A stretch of DNA of 30,323 bases from a virus. Lineage: Duplodnaviria > Caudoviricetes. This document shows positions 16,340 to 28,619 of the stretch, piece after piece; the stretch's first letter is position 1; every line of letters starts with the position of its first letter. Under the pieces are notes generated by a model, which saw nothing but the letters and a program-made list of their open reading frames with translations, had not been told where the DNA came from and did not search any database. The stretch is taken from IMG/VR virus record IMGVR_UViG_3300028025_002014, positions 1-30,323 of that record, one strand, 5' to 3'. The translations under genes and the position numbers were made by a program.

Positions 16340-19300
16340 ATGCCAGCAACCATAGTTTTAACAGCCATTTATGGCGACATGATTTTAGCAGCCGCAGCCT
16401 TAGGCACATTTGGCCTTGCTGCCGCTACCTTTGCCATTAGATTGGTTGCTACCGCAGTTATCAGCAGTATCATTGCCAAGAGAGCAGCACCAGGAGATGT
16501 TGGAGGTGTGGGCACAAGACAGATTGGTGCTCGTGTGCAACTGCCACCTGCAACAGACAACAAAGTAGGTGTGGTCTATGGATCCGCCTACATGAAGCCT
16601 ATCATTGTTGATGCCAAGATCAGTGAAGATCAAAAGACCATGTGGCATGTTATGGTATTCTCAGAAGCCATGGATTCAGACAGTATTGGCACATTCTCAT
16701 TTGGTGACATTTACTGGGGTGATAAGAAACTAAACTTTGATGGCACTGACCAAACTAAAGTTATCAGTTGGACCAACAGTGACGGCACAACTGAAGATCA
16801 ACCTAATGGATTGATCAATGTGTATCTATATCGTGATGGTAGTTTTGTGCCAACCAACACAGCATCCACAGCCGTGCAAATTCTACAGGATTCAGGCATT
16901 GCAGAAGCCAATCGTTGGGACTCAACCAAACGCATGACCAAATTGGTATTTGCCATTGTTAAGATTCAATACGATCAAGAAAAGGGCATTACTGGCCTAC
17001 CTGAAATCACAGCAGTGGTTAATAACACATTGACCAAGCCTGGTGCAGTTATCAAAGACTACCTAACCAATGAGCGTTATGGTGCTGGCTTACCATTAAG
17101 CAAAGTTGATACTACTGCATTAACAGCATTGGACAACTACAGTGATGACACCATCAGTTATACACCAGCAGGTGGTGGTTCTGCACAGACCATGGCACGC
17201 TATCGTATCAATGGACCTGCTGACACTACTAAAAACTTCTTGGACAACCTAGTTGATCTATGTGAAAGTTGCGACAGTTGGTTGCAATGGAATGAAGTAG
17301 ATAACAAATGGTCAGTGATTATCAACAGAAGTTACTTGGACACTGATCCAACCAGTTCAGACCTAAGACAAATTGATTCTAGTTCAATTGTTGGTGGTAT
17401 CAACCTAAACCCTATTGATCTAAACTCAACATTCAATGCAGTTGAAGCACAGTTTCCCAACACCAAGACCAAGGACCAACCAGGTTACCACATTGTTAAT
17501 CTAAGTGAGTTTCCTAATGTGCCACGCAGTCCTAATGAGCCAGACAACAAACTGACCATTGCACTGCCTTACTGTAACAACATTGTTCAGGCACAATACA
17601 TTGCCGCTCGTAGATTGCTACAGAGCCGTGAAGACCTTGTGGTTAATTTTACCATGGACTACTCAGGCATTCAAATTGATGCAGGTGATGTTATTGGTAT
17701 CCACCACGAACAGTATGGATGGGGACGCTATTCAGAAACAGTGAGTATGCCATACGGTAAATTGTTCCGTGTGCATCAAGTGCAGGAAGGCAAAGCAGAA
17801 GATGGTAGCCTATACGCACAGATCACAGCAAGCGAATACAATGATGCAGTCTATGATGACAACTCCATTGACCTTGCTGACTTTACTCCAGAGCCTAACA
17901 CTGGTATTCCTGACCCAACAATTATCAATGCACCACAGACACCTAGCATTACAGATGTCTTTGAGCAGGCAGCAGTTCCACGCTTTACTGTCAGCACAGT
18001 GACTGCCAACTCAGGCAACACAGTGGCTGTTGAATATTGGTATAGCACTATAGAAAGTCTCAGCAACAATACCTACACATTGTATAGGACAGAATTGCCC
18101 AACGCAGGCAATGCCTTTGACACTAGCGAAACAGTGGTCACTGAGATTACTGGATTGCCAGCAGGAACCTATTACTGGCGTGTTCGTGCAGTGGGCCTAC
18201 GCCGCAAGAGTGACTTTTCCTCAGCCACCAGCATTGTTTGGGCACCAAGTTTCCTAAGTGAAATCACTGGACAGAACTTCCAAGTCACATTCCAACCTGG
18301 CACACTGGCAGTTCCAAGAACAGGCACGCTATTGACACCAACATTGACTAGCATAACTCCAAAAGCATTTGGTGTTGAAGGTGGTGCAGTGATTCCTTTT
18401 GTTCTAGCACAAACTGACACGGATCCAAGTTTTACATCAAGCACATGGCGTATTGGTATTAGTAGTTCTACTGGTTTTGCCAGCATCACACAGTCTGGCA
18501 TCACATTCTCTACTGCAACAATTACCACTGCCACAGACAAGAGTTTGAACTTTGCACAACCCCTAAGCATGGCTAGTAGTCCTGCATACTTGACTGTGCC
18601 TGTTCGCTACAAGGATGCCGCAGGTGTTGTCTATCAGGCAGCAGCCGCAGCACAGCAGTATGCGTTCCAAGATCCAGGAGCACAGGGACAAGCAGGATTT
18701 AATGGTTATACAGTGACCTATCCTAGAGTTTGGTTCCTTGCACCAACTAACACATATGATACCAATGTAACAGGTGGTGTTTATGATCGCCAGTTCCAAT
18801 ACTGGGTCACAAGACCTACTTCAAGTTACAGTCTAGTAGGCAATACAACTACCTACATCACTGTTGATAACTATGATTTTGCCCTAGCAGTCACTAGTGG
18901 CAACTATCGTTGGTCAGCACAGGCTGATCAGGACTTTAGCAACACCAACACAGGCACATTTACTGCTACTTGGACCAATGAAGCACAAATTGAAGCAGGC
19001 TTTGGTCCAGCAGGTAGTGATGGTGTAAGCCCACAGTTTATTGACTTTGACATTGCAGGCGGAACTGTATTCTACAGAAACTATCTAAATGAATACACAC
19101 CAGCGGCTATCACTGCCACTGTGATTGCCACAAACATTGACACACCAGCAGCACTATGGACTGTTAATGGTGGTTATTACACTGTGACCAGCACAAACTT
19201 TGTCAATGACACTATCACAATCTATCCTAACACCAGCACATCAACTACTTTGGTCACTGCGTCAGTTAGTGTTGATGCATTGACCAAAACACTACAACTA

Positions 19301-20302
19301 CCAGTAGTTGAGCGTGGTGAGCAAGGACCAGCAGGTGTGCCAGGAACAACTGGAACAACAGGTGTGCGTGGATTTATTCCTTTAAGTTACATACCAATTA
19401 CTGTAAATCCTAACTCAGCAAGTCAAGCACAATTGACCACAGCATGGACCAACTACACTGGTCTAACTCCTTTGTTCAATGACGGTGGTAGTTTCTACCA
19501 AGGAACTAACAGCAAGAGTTTTACCTACAATAGTTTTGGCACTTGGACTGCGGCCACACTACAGATTGCAGGTGACCTAATTGCAGATGGAACAATTCGT
19601 GCCAATGCACTAGCAGCCAACGAAATCTTTACCAACAAGTTTGCTTCAACAAACGCTGCCTTTGGTTATTCAACATCAACAGGCTATTGGTTAGATGGAT
19701 CAACTGGTGACGCTCGCTTTGGTGGCACAGTCAGCATTGGTGAAGACCTAACAGTTGAAGGACTTATTACTGCCAGCCAACTGACAGCAGATGTAGTTGA
19801 TACTGACAACATTATTGTCAATGCTGTGAGCCAAGGAACTGGTGCTAGCAGTAACACATTGGTTACCTATGGTGGTCCAGGTTTTAACACATGGTATGGT
19901 GCTGTTCCAGGAAGCACTTATGTGATCAATGTCAGTATTGAAACAAGCCTACCAGGACAGTTAATCTATGCATTTGGTGCTATGAACGCATTTGTTGAAT
20001 ACGATACAATCAGCACACCTACATGGACACCTGATCTACAGTTTAGATTGATGCGATACAACAATACTACCACAGCAGTCACAACAATCAACACAGTGCA
20101 ATACAGGATTCCTGATGTGCCTAGTGCAACTACACAAGTAGGAACTAACCATGTTTGGCCAGGTGTTACAGATCTTGTCAGTGATCCAGGAACATATACC
20201 TACTACATCCAGATAGCAGTTGCCAATGGTGGAGGCACTTGGACACCTAAGAACTTAAATGTTGAATTTAGAAGCGTATTAGTGCAGGAGTTAAAGCGAT
20301 GA
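16340..20302 (+). CDS. Central tail tip / host-specificity protein (gpJ-like, FN3 domain)
   Basis: 1320 aa; VVYG, DYLTNERYGAGL, FN3 GLPAGTYYWRVRAVG; short Gly-X-Y runs; IADGTIRA repeat region. Confidence 0.85.
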   Translation: MPATIVLTAIYGDMILAAAALGTFGLAAATFAIRLVATAVISSIIAKRAAPGDVGGVGTRQIGARVQLPPATDNKVGVVYGSAYMKPIIVDAKISEDQKTMWHVMVFSEAMDSDSIGTFSFGDIYWGDKKLNFDGTDQTKVISWTNSDGTTEDQPNGLINVYLYRDGSFVPTNTASTAVQILQDSGIAEANRWDSTKRMTKLVFAIVKIQYDQEKGITGLPEITAVVNNTLTKPGAVIKDYLTNERYGAGLPLSKVDTTALTALDNYSDDTISYTPAGGGSAQTMARYRINGPADTTKNFLDNLVDLCESCDSWLQWNEVDNKWSVIINRSYLDTDPTSSDLRQIDSSSIVGGINLNPIDLNSTFNAVEAQFPNTKTKDQPGYHIVNLSEFPNVPRSPNEPDNKLTIALPYCNNIVQAQYIAARRLLQSREDLVVNFTMDYSGIQIDAGDVIGIHHEQYGWGRYSETVSMPYGKLFRVHQVQEGKAEDGSLYAQITASEYNDAVYDDNSIDLADFTPEPNTGIPDPTIINAPQTPSITDVFEQAAVPRFTVSTVTANSGNTVAVEYWYSTIESLSNNTYTLYRTELPNAGNAFDTSETVVTEITGLPAGTYYWRVRAVGLRRKSDFSSATSIVWAPSFLSEITGQNFQVTFQPGTLAVPRTGTLLTPTLTSITPKAFGVEGGAVIPFVLAQTDTDPSFTSSTWRIGISSSTGFASITQSGITFSTATITTATDKSLNFAQPLSMASSPAYLTVPVRYKDAAGVVYQAAAAAQQYAFQDPGAQGQAGFNGYTVTYPRVWFLAPTNTYDTNVTGGVYDRQFQYWVTRPTSSYSLVGNTTTYITVDNYDFALAVTSGNYRWSAQADQDFSNTNTGTFTATWTNEAQIEAGFGPAGSDGVSPQFIDFDIAGGTVFYRNYLNEYTPAAITATVIATNIDTPAALWTVNGGYYTVTSTNFVNDTITIYPNTSTSTTLVTASVSVDALTKTLQLPVVERGEQGPAGVPGTTGTTGVRGFIPLSYIPITVNPNSASQAQLTTAWTNYTGLTPLFNDGGSFYQGTNSKSFTYNSFGTWTAATLQIAGDLIADGTIRANALAANEIFTNKFASTNAAFGYSTSTGYWLDGSTGDARFGGTVSIGEDLTVEGLITASQLTADVVDTDNIIVNAVSQGTGASSNTLVTYGGPGFNTWYGAVPGSTYVINVSIETSLPGQLIYAFGAMNAFVEYDTISTPTWTPDLQFRLMRYNNTTTAVTTINTVQYRIPDVPSATTQVGTNHVWPGVTDLVSDPGTYTYYIQIAVANGGGTWTPKNLNVEFRSVLVQELKR

Positions 20303-20733
20303 TCTACACAATTTATGACCCTATTACAGGACAAATCCAAAGCACTATTACAGGCAGTAGTGCCAGCGATCTTGCATTGAATTTACAAGGCAAGACCTAC
20401 ATTGAAGGAAACTTTGATGACAAGCATTACTACATCCTAGATAGTGCTGCCCATCCAAAAGCGGCAGACCCTAGCGATAATCTAAACAAATACTCTTTTG
20501 ACCATACTGCAAAGACTTGGGTCATTGATGTTCCTGCAACAGAACGCCTAGCAAGAAACTATAGAAATGTTTTGTTAGGACTGGTTGATAAGATCAATCC
20601 TGTTTGGTGGGAATCTCTATCTACAACACAACAAACAGCAGTGTCAGAGTTTAGATCTGCATTGCTGGATGTTCCACAACAATCAGGCTTTCCTAGTGAC
20701 ATCACTTGGCCCACAAAGCCAGACTTCCTGTAA
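20299..20733 (+). CDS. Tail fibre assembly chaperone-like protein
   Basis: C-terminal RSALLDVPQQSGFPSDITWPTKP motif. Confidence 0.75.
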   Translation: MIYTIYDPITGQIQSTITGSSASDLALNLQGKTYIEGNFDDKHYYILDSAAHPKAADPSDNLNKYSFDHTAKTWVIDVPATERLARNYRNVLLGLVDKINPVWWESLSTTQQTAVSEFRSALLDVPQQSGFPSDITWPTKPDFL

Positions 20734-20748
20734 TTGGGCTATTAAAAG

Positions 20749-20774
20749 CCCTTTTCAAAGGCTACCTATAAATA
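20749..20774 (+). promoter_or_regulatory. Bipartite late-type promoter CCCTTTT-N13-TAAATA
   Basis: Perfect TATAAATA at 20767-20774; CCCTTTT 20749-20755, which is also the 3' arm of a short GGGCT/AGCCC hairpin. Confidence 0.7.
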
Positions 20775-20857
20775 TCAACAGCGAGCGGTATTCATACCGT
20801 TGGCCAGCAAGCAGTGAGAGTCCTTAGACCCTACTGTATAACCCTTAGGAGAAGATA

Positions 20858-21361
20858 ATGGCTGGAGTGCTAAATTTTGCCAACTATATTGGCGGTGCGG
20901 ACAATGTCCAAATAGAACAGATTTTTCCATCAACACAGAGAACAATGACCTACAACTTTGGTCAGGATGTTACTGGATGGGTCTTTGATCTTGACGCACA
21001 AACAATTGTCGTAGATACAATGAGTTTTGATCGCAACACAGGCGAGCCAAACTTCGCAAACTCCTCAGTCATTGGTGTATTCACCGCAACACAGATTACC
21101 ACAAGCACTAACGTCAATGTTATCAATGCATCAAGTGGAACTGTTGCAATCACCTTCCCTGGCAACTTATACACAGGTCCTGTTTTACCTGATGCACGAA
21201 AGAATGTTCCAATCACCGTAGTTGGTGTTACATGGAGCACTGGTGCTTTACTTCCTCAGGTTAATACACATCGTTGGGCTTTCATACAATCGTGGGAACC
21301 TGGCGTCAATGCAGGCGATCCAACATTAGCTTCTGGTTATTACGCTATAACCACAAGTTGA
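20858..21361 (+). CDS. Putative virion structural protein (fibre adaptor)
   Basis: SD AGGAG; beta-rich, 167 aa; first gene of the fibre cassette. Confidence 0.6.
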   Translation: MAGVLNFANYIGGADNVQIEQIFPSTQRTMTYNFGQDVTGWVFDLDAQTIVVDTMSFDRNTGEPNFANSSVIGVFTATQITTSTNVNVINASSGTVAITFPGNLYTGPVLPDARKNVPITVVGVTWSTGALLPQVNTHRWAFIQSWEPGVNAGDPTLASGYYAITTS

Positions 21362-21367
21362 TGAGAG

Positions 21368-23923
21368 ATGGCACAAGCATTTACAATAACGCAACAAACC
21401 TTCAACTTTACTGCTACTGTCGTTACTAACGCACAGGGCATAACGCTGAACACCACTCCCCTGAACGTTACAGAGTATCGTCAGGGTTATACTGCTACCA
21501 TCGTAAGAAACAACTTGGGTGTCAGCACTACTGGCACTTACACAGTTAATATCTCACCAAGTCCTGTTAGTGTATTCACTAGCAGTGACACAGACATTCT
21601 AATTGGAGTCGTTGAGCAGACCATTGCCAATGTCACTGTGACCAACACAGTTGAAGCCATTGCAGTCACAAGTCCTGCAACTCCAATCACTGTAAATTAC
21701 AATCCTACATTGGTTGAACACGTCTATGACGGACAGCCAGTTTATACAACCAGCACACCTACCTTTAGAAATATAACTTTAGGTAATACCAGCACATTCA
21801 CATTCCCTGCAGATGATGGCACTAGTGGCTTTGCACTCTTAACAGATGGCAGTGGTCAATTATATTGGGGCCCAGCAGGTGGCGGTGGCGGCCCAGGCTA
21901 TTGGAGTCTAAATGATGACCTGCTGACCAATGGATTTAAGATCAAGTCAGGCACTGACACAGTTGATCTAAAGATCTTTGGTGGTGGCAAACTACTTGAC
22001 CTAGCACCTAATAGAACTTATCTAGGAACAGCCAGCAGTTACCTTGAGATCAACAACGGTATTGTCATGCGTGATGGCAACTACCGCATGGAAGTATCAA
22101 GTAGCACTGTTAAATTAGGTGATCCTAACACTGGCATTGAAATACTTGATGACATCCTTGGCACTAAACACGCAGACTTCCGCAATGGTTCAGCCCGTTT
22201 TAGAGCCAGTGAAGGCGGCATCATTGATATTGAAAACAACACTGCCGCAGTTGGTGGTGAAGAACTAGAGTATGGTAAAATTCGTCTTGAAAGCAAGACC
22301 ATTACTATTACTGCACAGAACATTGACATTGGTGCTAACTCAACTGTTACTATTGATCAAAACCTAAGTGTTCCAGGTGTTATCACAACACCAACATTGG
22401 CTTCAACTGGCAGTTACATACAGGTTCCTCCATTACGCTTTGCTGACGGATCTACACTGAGCACAGCGTTTATTGGAACAAACAGTGCCTACACCACAGG
22501 CACATTAATTCTTAATGGTAACCTAGAAACCAACGGTTACAACATTGAAGTGGCACCTGCCTCAATGATCAAGAGTTCATTGATTCAGTATCCACACACT
22601 GTAAAATTCACAGCCACTGGCATTACCTTAAACTGGAAAGGATTTGACTATCCTTACACAGGAGATGTGCCACGTCCAACTTATGCCAACATCCAGGTCA
22701 TTGACCAAGGCTTGACCAACAATGCGGCTGCTATCATCACAGCAACCAATGTTAATATTCATGCTGATAATTGGATTGATGTCAATAAGTTGCGTTTCCC
22801 TGATGGCACAACATTACAAAGTGCTATTCCAGTTAATAGTGGCACAGTGCAGACAATCACTGCCAACACTGGTATCAGCGTTTCTACATCAACTGGTGTG
22901 GTTGCTATTACCAACACAGGTGTTCGCAAGATCATTGCTGCCAACGCAACCATCAAAGTCACTGACAATGCTGATCAGTTAGAAACCAGTGGTCTTAACA
23001 CACAAACTGGTGATGTTTATGTGGGCATTGGCACACTACCCATCATTGCAGGCTATGCAGTTAATGTTGATCAAACAACATTTGAAAATTCAACAATCTT
23101 AAGTGTCAATAGTGCTACACTGGCCAATAACATTCTAGCAGGTAGTGGTATTACCATTACACGCAATGCAGGTCAGGTAACCATCAACACCACTGCCACT
23201 GCCAACATGATTCTTCAAAGTGATTTGAAGACCAATGGCTACAACATTGATGGTGAAAGCAACAGTTTAATCATCAGTGCTGGTAAGTTTAATCCGTTTG
23301 GAACAACACAGTCTAGCACAATCAGCATGCCTTTCAACAGTGCCATGCGTATTACCAGTGACTATGGTATTATCTTTGACACACCAGACGAAGATCCAAT
23401 ACAAATCCTAAGTCCTCTAACAGTTTTACACCGTGATGGATCTAGTAGGATTTCAACTGATGCACTGGGACAAACAACATTAAATGACACACGCATTGCC
23501 ATTACAGGCACCAACCGTGTGGTCATTAACAAGAGCAGTTTCTTTGGTGACTATATTGAACTAAAGACAACCAGCACTTCAGCAAGTTTGCACCTGGGTC
23601 CTGCAAAAGCGATAATTACTGCAACAGAGATTGTATTAGCAACAACCAGCACAGTCAAAGTTGGTAGCGATATCTATCACAGTCAATTGGCTGTTCAAGA
23701 TATTGTAAATTACAATGGAACTGGTCCAGTTACTGTTAGCAAAGGTATTCAATTCCCAGATACAACAGTTCAAAGAACTGCCTACATTGGTGGATTAGAC
23801 TTTGGTAGCATATCAGCACCAGCAACCAACATGGAACAGTTCTTACTACAATTACAGTCAGTAGATTTTGGAACATTTACATCACCCAGCACCTACGCAT
23901 TTGATGCAGGTGAGATAGAATAA
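21368..23923 (+). CDS. Tail fibre-like protein
   Basis: 851 aa, Thr/Gly-rich; repeats LxTNG[FY]xI x3 and [LI]xF[PA]DxTxxxxA x3; C-terminal DFG motifs. Confidence 0.7.
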   Translation: MAQAFTITQQTFNFTATVVTNAQGITLNTTPLNVTEYRQGYTATIVRNNLGVSTTGTYTVNISPSPVSVFTSSDTDILIGVVEQTIANVTVTNTVEAIAVTSPATPITVNYNPTLVEHVYDGQPVYTTSTPTFRNITLGNTSTFTFPADDGTSGFALLTDGSGQLYWGPAGGGGGPGYWSLNDDLLTNGFKIKSGTDTVDLKIFGGGKLLDLAPNRTYLGTASSYLEINNGIVMRDGNYRMEVSSSTVKLGDPNTGIEILDDILGTKHADFRNGSARFRASEGGIIDIENNTAAVGGEELEYGKIRLESKTITITAQNIDIGANSTVTIDQNLSVPGVITTPTLASTGSYIQVPPLRFADGSTLSTAFIGTNSAYTTGTLILNGNLETNGYNIEVAPASMIKSSLIQYPHTVKFTATGITLNWKGFDYPYTGDVPRPTYANIQVIDQGLTNNAAAIITATNVNIHADNWIDVNKLRFPDGTTLQSAIPVNSGTVQTITANTGISVSTSTGVVAITNTGVRKIIAANATIKVTDNADQLETSGLNTQTGDVYVGIGTLPIIAGYAVNVDQTTFENSTILSVNSATLANNILAGSGITITRNAGQVTINTTATANMILQSDLKTNGYNIDGESNSLIISAGKFNPFGTTQSSTISMPFNSAMRITSDYGIIFDTPDEDPIQILSPLTVLHRDGSSRISTDALGQTTLNDTRIAITGTNRVVINKSSFFGDYIELKTTSTSASLHLGPAKAIITATEIVLATTSTVKVGSDIYHSQLAVQDIVNYNGTGPVTVSKGIQFPDTTVQRTAYIGGLDFGSISAPATNMEQFLLQLQSVDFGTFTSPSTYAFDAGEIE

Positions 23924-23933
23924 GGAAACAGCA

Positions 23934-26900
23934 ATGTCATTACAGATTAGAAGAGGCTCAACACTACAGCGTTTATCAATCACTCCATTAGTGGGTGAAT
24001 TGATTTTAGATACAGATACCAATGAACTGTTTGTTGGTGATGGCACTACTGTTGGGGGTGTTCTTGTTACAGCACAAAGCACATCAACCTACACATTAAC
24101 CACTGCCACCACAGCCACACTGGGCGGTGTTAAGATTGGCCAAAACATCAACATATCAGCAGATGGAACTATCTCAGTCACAGGTGGCTTTGGTGCTACT
24201 GGTGCTACAGGACCAGCAGGTGCTACAGGTGCTCAGGGCAACATTGGTGCAACTGGTGCTCAAGGCATTCAGGGCGAAACTGGTGCTACTGGACCACAGG
24301 GTGCCACAGGTATTGGAGCAACAGGTCCAGGCTTTGCTGGTCTAACTTCTACCAGTTCTGTAGGTTTGGGCACAGGCTTTAAGACATTTACTGTTAATAA
24401 AGCACTTGGTGAAACTGGCTTCCAATTTGGCAGTGTAATTCGTGCGATTGCTCTAGACAGTCCAAGCAGCAGTTATGGACTTGGCGGTGTAGTCAGTCAA
24501 TTCACTGGCACAAGTTTAACCATTGGCGTTGGTGCAGTCACAGGTAGTGGCACATATTCAAATTGGTCATTTGCATTAACTGGGCTAACAGGTTCTACAG
24601 GACCACAAGGAGCAACTGGAGTTACTGGTGCTACTGGCCAAAGTGGAGATGGATTCCAATGGCGTGGTCTATGGAGTTCAGGCAACAGTTATGAATACCT
24701 AGACTTTGCAGAAAGCACTATTGATGGACAATGGTATTTTGTATTCACTCCAGGTGCAATTGATCCAGAGGACAATGTTGATCCAAGCATTAACAATGCC
24801 AACTGGGCATTGTTAGCACAAAATGGTGCTACAGGACCTACTGGTGCTACAGGTCTTACTGGTAACACAGGTGCTACAGGACCACAAGGTGCAAGCGGCA
24901 TTCAAGGTGAAAACGGACTTACTGGTGCTACAGGACCTCAGGGTGCTACAGGACCAGGAGGCACAGGCTCAGTTGGATCTACAGGTGCAACAGGTATTCA
25001 AGGCGATGTAGGTGCAACAGGAGCACAGGGCTCAACAGGACCACAAGGCGTTCAAGGATCTACTGGATCTACTGGCGTTCGCGGTGGTATTTCCTATCAG
25101 TTCAACACTGCCACAACAGATGCTGATCCAGGCACAGGTAAGTTTGCATTTAACAGCACAACTGCTACTAACATCACTTATTTGTATGTAGATTACAACA
25201 ACCACAATGGCACCAGCATGACTGCTTGGTATGATTCGTGGGATGACAGCAACAGTCCAGTTAAGGGTATGTTGGAGTTTGTCACTACAGACAGTGCAGG
25301 TGGCAACAGTCTTGTATTTGAAATTACTGGTGCAGTTCAAACTGCCAGCGGTTACTACAAGATTCCTCTAGCATGGGTTGGCGGCAATGCCTTACCTGGC
25401 AGCAATGATCTTTGGACCATTGATTTTACACGCACAGGTAACCTAGGTGCAACAGGCCCAACAGGTGCTACTGGAACACAAGGTGTCCAAGGTAGCACAG
25501 GACCACAAGGATCAACAGGACCACAAGGACCTACTGGTGCTACTGGACCAACAGGTGCAACAGGTGCTCAAGGTAATCAGGGATTTAGTTCTGGACGCTT
25601 CTATTACTTCAACCAAACAGTTACTGAAATTGGCAGTTACAAAGAACTTGGACAAAATCCAACTACTGCTACACAGCAGACAGTTACTGTTAGTGCTATT
25701 GGATCTACAAGCACATTGGTTGCAAGTTACATGAGTGATCCATTTGACTTTGAGATCATTCCTGGTGGTGTCCAACAGTTCAACCTACACTTTGCCAAAG
25801 ACAAGGAAGGTGATGATGTTCGTGCATTTGCTCGTTTAAAATTGGCAGCAAATGATGGAACTATTATTTCTACAATTGGTGACACTGCTCTAACAGCCAT
25901 TGCTTGGGATACAAACAATACAACTCCAACAGAGTTATTCACAACAATCACACTGCCAACTACAGACATTGATCCAAGTCAGCGTATGGTTGTTGAAGTT
26001 TGGGTCCTAAACAATAGTGGAACTGCTCCTGTAAATTACTACACAGAAGGCAGTGCTTATTATTCTTATGTAGTCACAACATTAGCAGCAGCCCCAGGAC
26101 CTACTGGTGCAACAGGTGCAACAGGTCTAACTGGAGCCACAGGTAGCCAAGGCGTTCAAGGTGCAACTGGCTCTACTGGCCTAACTGGTGCAACAGGTGC
26201 GGCAGGAACAAATGGTAATGACGGTGCAACAGGTGCAACAGGACCAGTTGGCCCACAAGGTAACTACGGTGCAACTGGAGCAACAGGTCTAACAGGTAAT
26301 CAAGGTTCTACAGGTGCATTTGGATCTACAGGTGCAACAGGACCACAAGGTGTTCAAGGTATTACTGGCGACCAAGGTAGCACAGGTGCTACAGGTCTTA
26401 CTGGATCCACAGGTGCTGCTGGAGCACATGGATCAACAGGTGCAACTGGTATTCAAGGTATTCAAGGTGAAACTGGAGCACACGGATCTACTGGTGCTAC
26501 TGGCCTAACAGGTTCCACTGGTCTAACTGGACAAGTAGGTGCAACTGGACCACAAGGTATCCAAGGAAGCACTGGTGCTACTGGTGAAACAGGACCACAA
26601 GGTAATGTTGGAGCACAGGGTGACCAAGGTGCAACAGGTGCCACTGGCCTAACAGGATCTACTGGTGTTCATGGTGCCACAGGTGCAACAGGCCTAACTG
26701 GTAGCCAAGGTGATCAGGGTGCTACTGGTGCAACTGGACAAACTGGTAATCAAGGTTCTACTGGAGCAACAGGCCCAGGCTTTAATTTAACTTCTACTTC
26801 AGGTCTTGCATTAGGCACAGGAACAAAAACATTTACAGTTAATCTAGACGCCACAGCCAGCGGTTTCAGTGTTGGAACATTGGTCACTGCTATTGCTATT

Positions 26901-28619
26901 GACAGCCCAGGTTCAGCATATGGTATGGGCGGCTATATTATCAGTTATAGCAGCACAAGTCTAAGCATTAGTGTTTCAAGATACACTGGCAGCGGCACAT
27001 ACAGTTCTTGGAAGTTTGTAGTTGCTGGCCTAACAGGTGCAACTGGACCACAAGGATCTACTGGTGCTACAGGACCTACAGGTGCTCAGGGTGATATTGG
27101 TGCAACTGGTGCTCAAGGCGAAATTGGTGCAACAGGTGCCCAAGGTATTCAAGGTAACATTGGTGCTACTGGTGCTCAGGGCGTTCAAGGTGACATTGGT
27201 GCTACTGGAGCACAAGGACCTACAGGTGCTCAAGGCAATATTGGTGCCACAGGTGCTCAAGGCAATATTGGTGCCACAGGTGCCCAAGGTGCTCAAGGCG
27301 ATATTGGTGCTACAGGTGCTCAAGGAACTACAGGTAATCAAGGTGCTACTGGTGCAACAGGCTTAACTGGAGCACAGGGCGATACGGGTGCTACTGGAGC
27401 ACAGGGACCAACTGGACTTACAGGTGCAACTGGAGCACAAGGTGTTCAAGGTGACCAAGGTGCAACTGGATCTACAGGACCAGGATGGGTATTGACCAGT
27501 GCTAGTGAAAACACAATTGGCACAGGAACCAAGACATTCACTGTGAATTTAAGTGCAACTGCAAGTGCATTCCAAGTAGGCAGTATTGTCAGCGTGGCTG
27601 CTATTGGTAGCCCAAGCAATGCCTATGGTATGGGTGGTGTTGTTACTGCATTCAGCGGAACTACACTCAGCATCAATGCAACTTCTACAACTGGCAGCGG
27701 CACATACAGTTCTTGGAACTTTATCCTAGCAGGACGCACAGGTGCTACAGGACCAACAGGTGCTACTGGACCTACTGGTGCAACAGGTGCTCAGGGCGTA
27801 ACTGGCAATGATGGTGCTACTGGTGCTCAAGGAGCCACTGGTATAGGATACAGTCTTGCATCTAGCACTACAATCTCCATGAGCACTGGAACTAAGACAT
27901 TTACCGTTGATAAATCTTCTACTAATTCAGCATTTGTAGTAGGTGATCTTGTTCGTGTTCAATCTAACATATATGAAACTGATTTCATGTATGGTGTAAT
28001 CACAAGTTATAGCGGAACAACATTAGAGATCAACTCAACTTATGCAAGCAGCATTGCTAGTGGCAACGATTGGAGATTTAGATTAACTGGTGAAAAAGGT
28101 GCAACAGGTGCTCAAGGTGCAACTGGACCTACTGGAGCACAAGGCGATATTGGTGCTACTGGTGCAGCGGGCACTAACGGAACTAACGGAGCAACTGGTG
28201 CTACTGGTTTAACTGGAGCATTTGGTGCAACAGGAGCAACTGGCCCAGCAGGATCAAACGGAACTAATGGATCAACAGGTGCAACAGGACCACAAGGTGG
28301 ATTTGCTGGTAGTGAAACACAATACACATGGGGTAACACAGCCGCAGGCACATATACTCCATCAGTAAGTTCTGGAACTGTGCATAAACTAACCTTAACT
28401 GGTAACGTGACAATCAGCAGTCTAAGTGGTGCAGTTACTGGCAGTAACATGACATTGATTCTTGTGCAGGATGCAACTGGTTCAAGAACATTAACATCTA
28501 CTATGAAGTTTGCTGGTGGTGTTAAGACTTTGACCACCAGTGCAAATGCTATTGATGTTGTGACAATCTACTATGATGGAACTAACTACTTGGCTGGTCT
28601 AAGCAGAGGATTTGCATAA
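23934..28619 (+). CDS. Collagen-like long fibre protein with Mtd-N-type N-terminal domain
   Basis: LQIRRG...[18 protein letters not shown]-terminus; extensive GAT/GPQ/GAQ triplets interrupted by globular modules; C-terminal [11 protein letters not shown] domain. Confidence 0.9.
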   Translation: MSLQIRRGSTLQRLSITPLVGELILDTDTNELFVGDGTTVGGVLVTAQSTSTYTLTTATTATLGGVKIGQNINISADGTISVTGGFGATGATGPAGATGAQGNIGATGAQGIQGETGATGPQGATGIGATGPGFAGLTSTSSVGLGTGFKTFTVNKALGETGFQFGSVIRAIALDSPSSSYGLGGVVSQFTGTSLTIGVGAVTGSGTYSNWSFALTGLTGSTGPQGATGVTGATGQSGDGFQWRGLWSSGNSYEYLDFAESTIDGQWYFVFTPGAIDPEDNVDPSINNANWALLAQNGATGPTGATGLTGNTGATGPQGASGIQGENGLTGATGPQGATGPGGTGSVGSTGATGIQGDVGATGAQGSTGPQGVQGSTGSTGVRGGISYQFNTATTDADPGTGKFAFNSTTATNITYLYVDYNNHNGTSMTAWYDSWDDSNSPVKGMLEFVTTDSAGGNSLVFEITGAVQTASGYYKIPLAWVGGNALPGSNDLWTIDFTRTGNLGATGPTGATGTQGVQGSTGPQGSTGPQGPTGATGPTGATGAQGNQGFSSGRFYYFNQTVTEIGSYKELGQNPTTATQQTVTVSAIGSTSTLVASYMSDPFDFEIIPGGVQQFNLHFAKDKEGDDVRAFARLKLAANDGTIISTIGDTALTAIAWDTNNTTPTELFTTITLPTTDIDPSQRMVVEVWVLNNSGTAPVNYYTEGSAYYSYVVTTLAAAPGPTGATGATGLTGATGSQGVQGATGSTGLTGATGAAGTNGNDGATGATGPVGPQGNYGATGATGLTGNQGSTGAFGSTGATGPQGVQGITGDQGSTGATGLTGSTGAAGAHGSTGATGIQGIQGETGAHGSTGATGLTGSTGLTGQVGATGPQGIQGSTGATGETGPQGNVGAQGDQGATGATGLTGSTGVHGATGATGLTGSQGDQGATGATGQTGNQGSTGATGPGFNLTSTSGLALGTGTKTFTVNLDATASGFSVGTLVTAIAIDSPGSAYGMGGYIISYSSTSLSISVSRYTGSGTYSSWKFVVAGLTGATGPQGSTGATGPTGAQGDIGATGAQGEIGATGAQGIQGNIGATGAQGVQGDIGATGAQGPTGAQGNIGATGAQGNIGATGAQGAQGDIGATGAQGTTGNQGATGATGLTGAQGDTGATGAQGPTGLTGATGAQGVQGDQGATGSTGPGWVLTSASENTIGTGTKTFTVNLSATASAFQVGSIVSVAAIGSPSNAYGMGGVVTAFSGTTLSINATSTTGSGTYSSWNFILAGRTGATGPTGATGPTGATGAQGVTGNDGATGAQGATGIGYSLASSTTISMSTGTKTFTVDKSSTNSAFVVGDLVRVQSNIYETDFMYGVITSYSGTTLEINSTYASSIASGNDWRFRLTGEKGATGAQGATGPTGAQGDIGATGAAGTNGTNGATGATGLTGAFGATGATGPAGSNGTNGSTGATGPQGGFAGSETQYTWGNTAAGTYTPSVSSGTVHKLTLTGNVTISSLSGAVTGSNMTLILVQDATGSRTLTSTMKFAGGVKTLTTSANAIDVVTIYYDGTNYLAGLSRGFA

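Noticed and set aside
12445-28537. Many minus-strand and alternate-frame ORFs within the TMP, tail and collagen genes
   Set aside because: Shadows of biased and repetitive codon usage, fully nested in long + strand genes.
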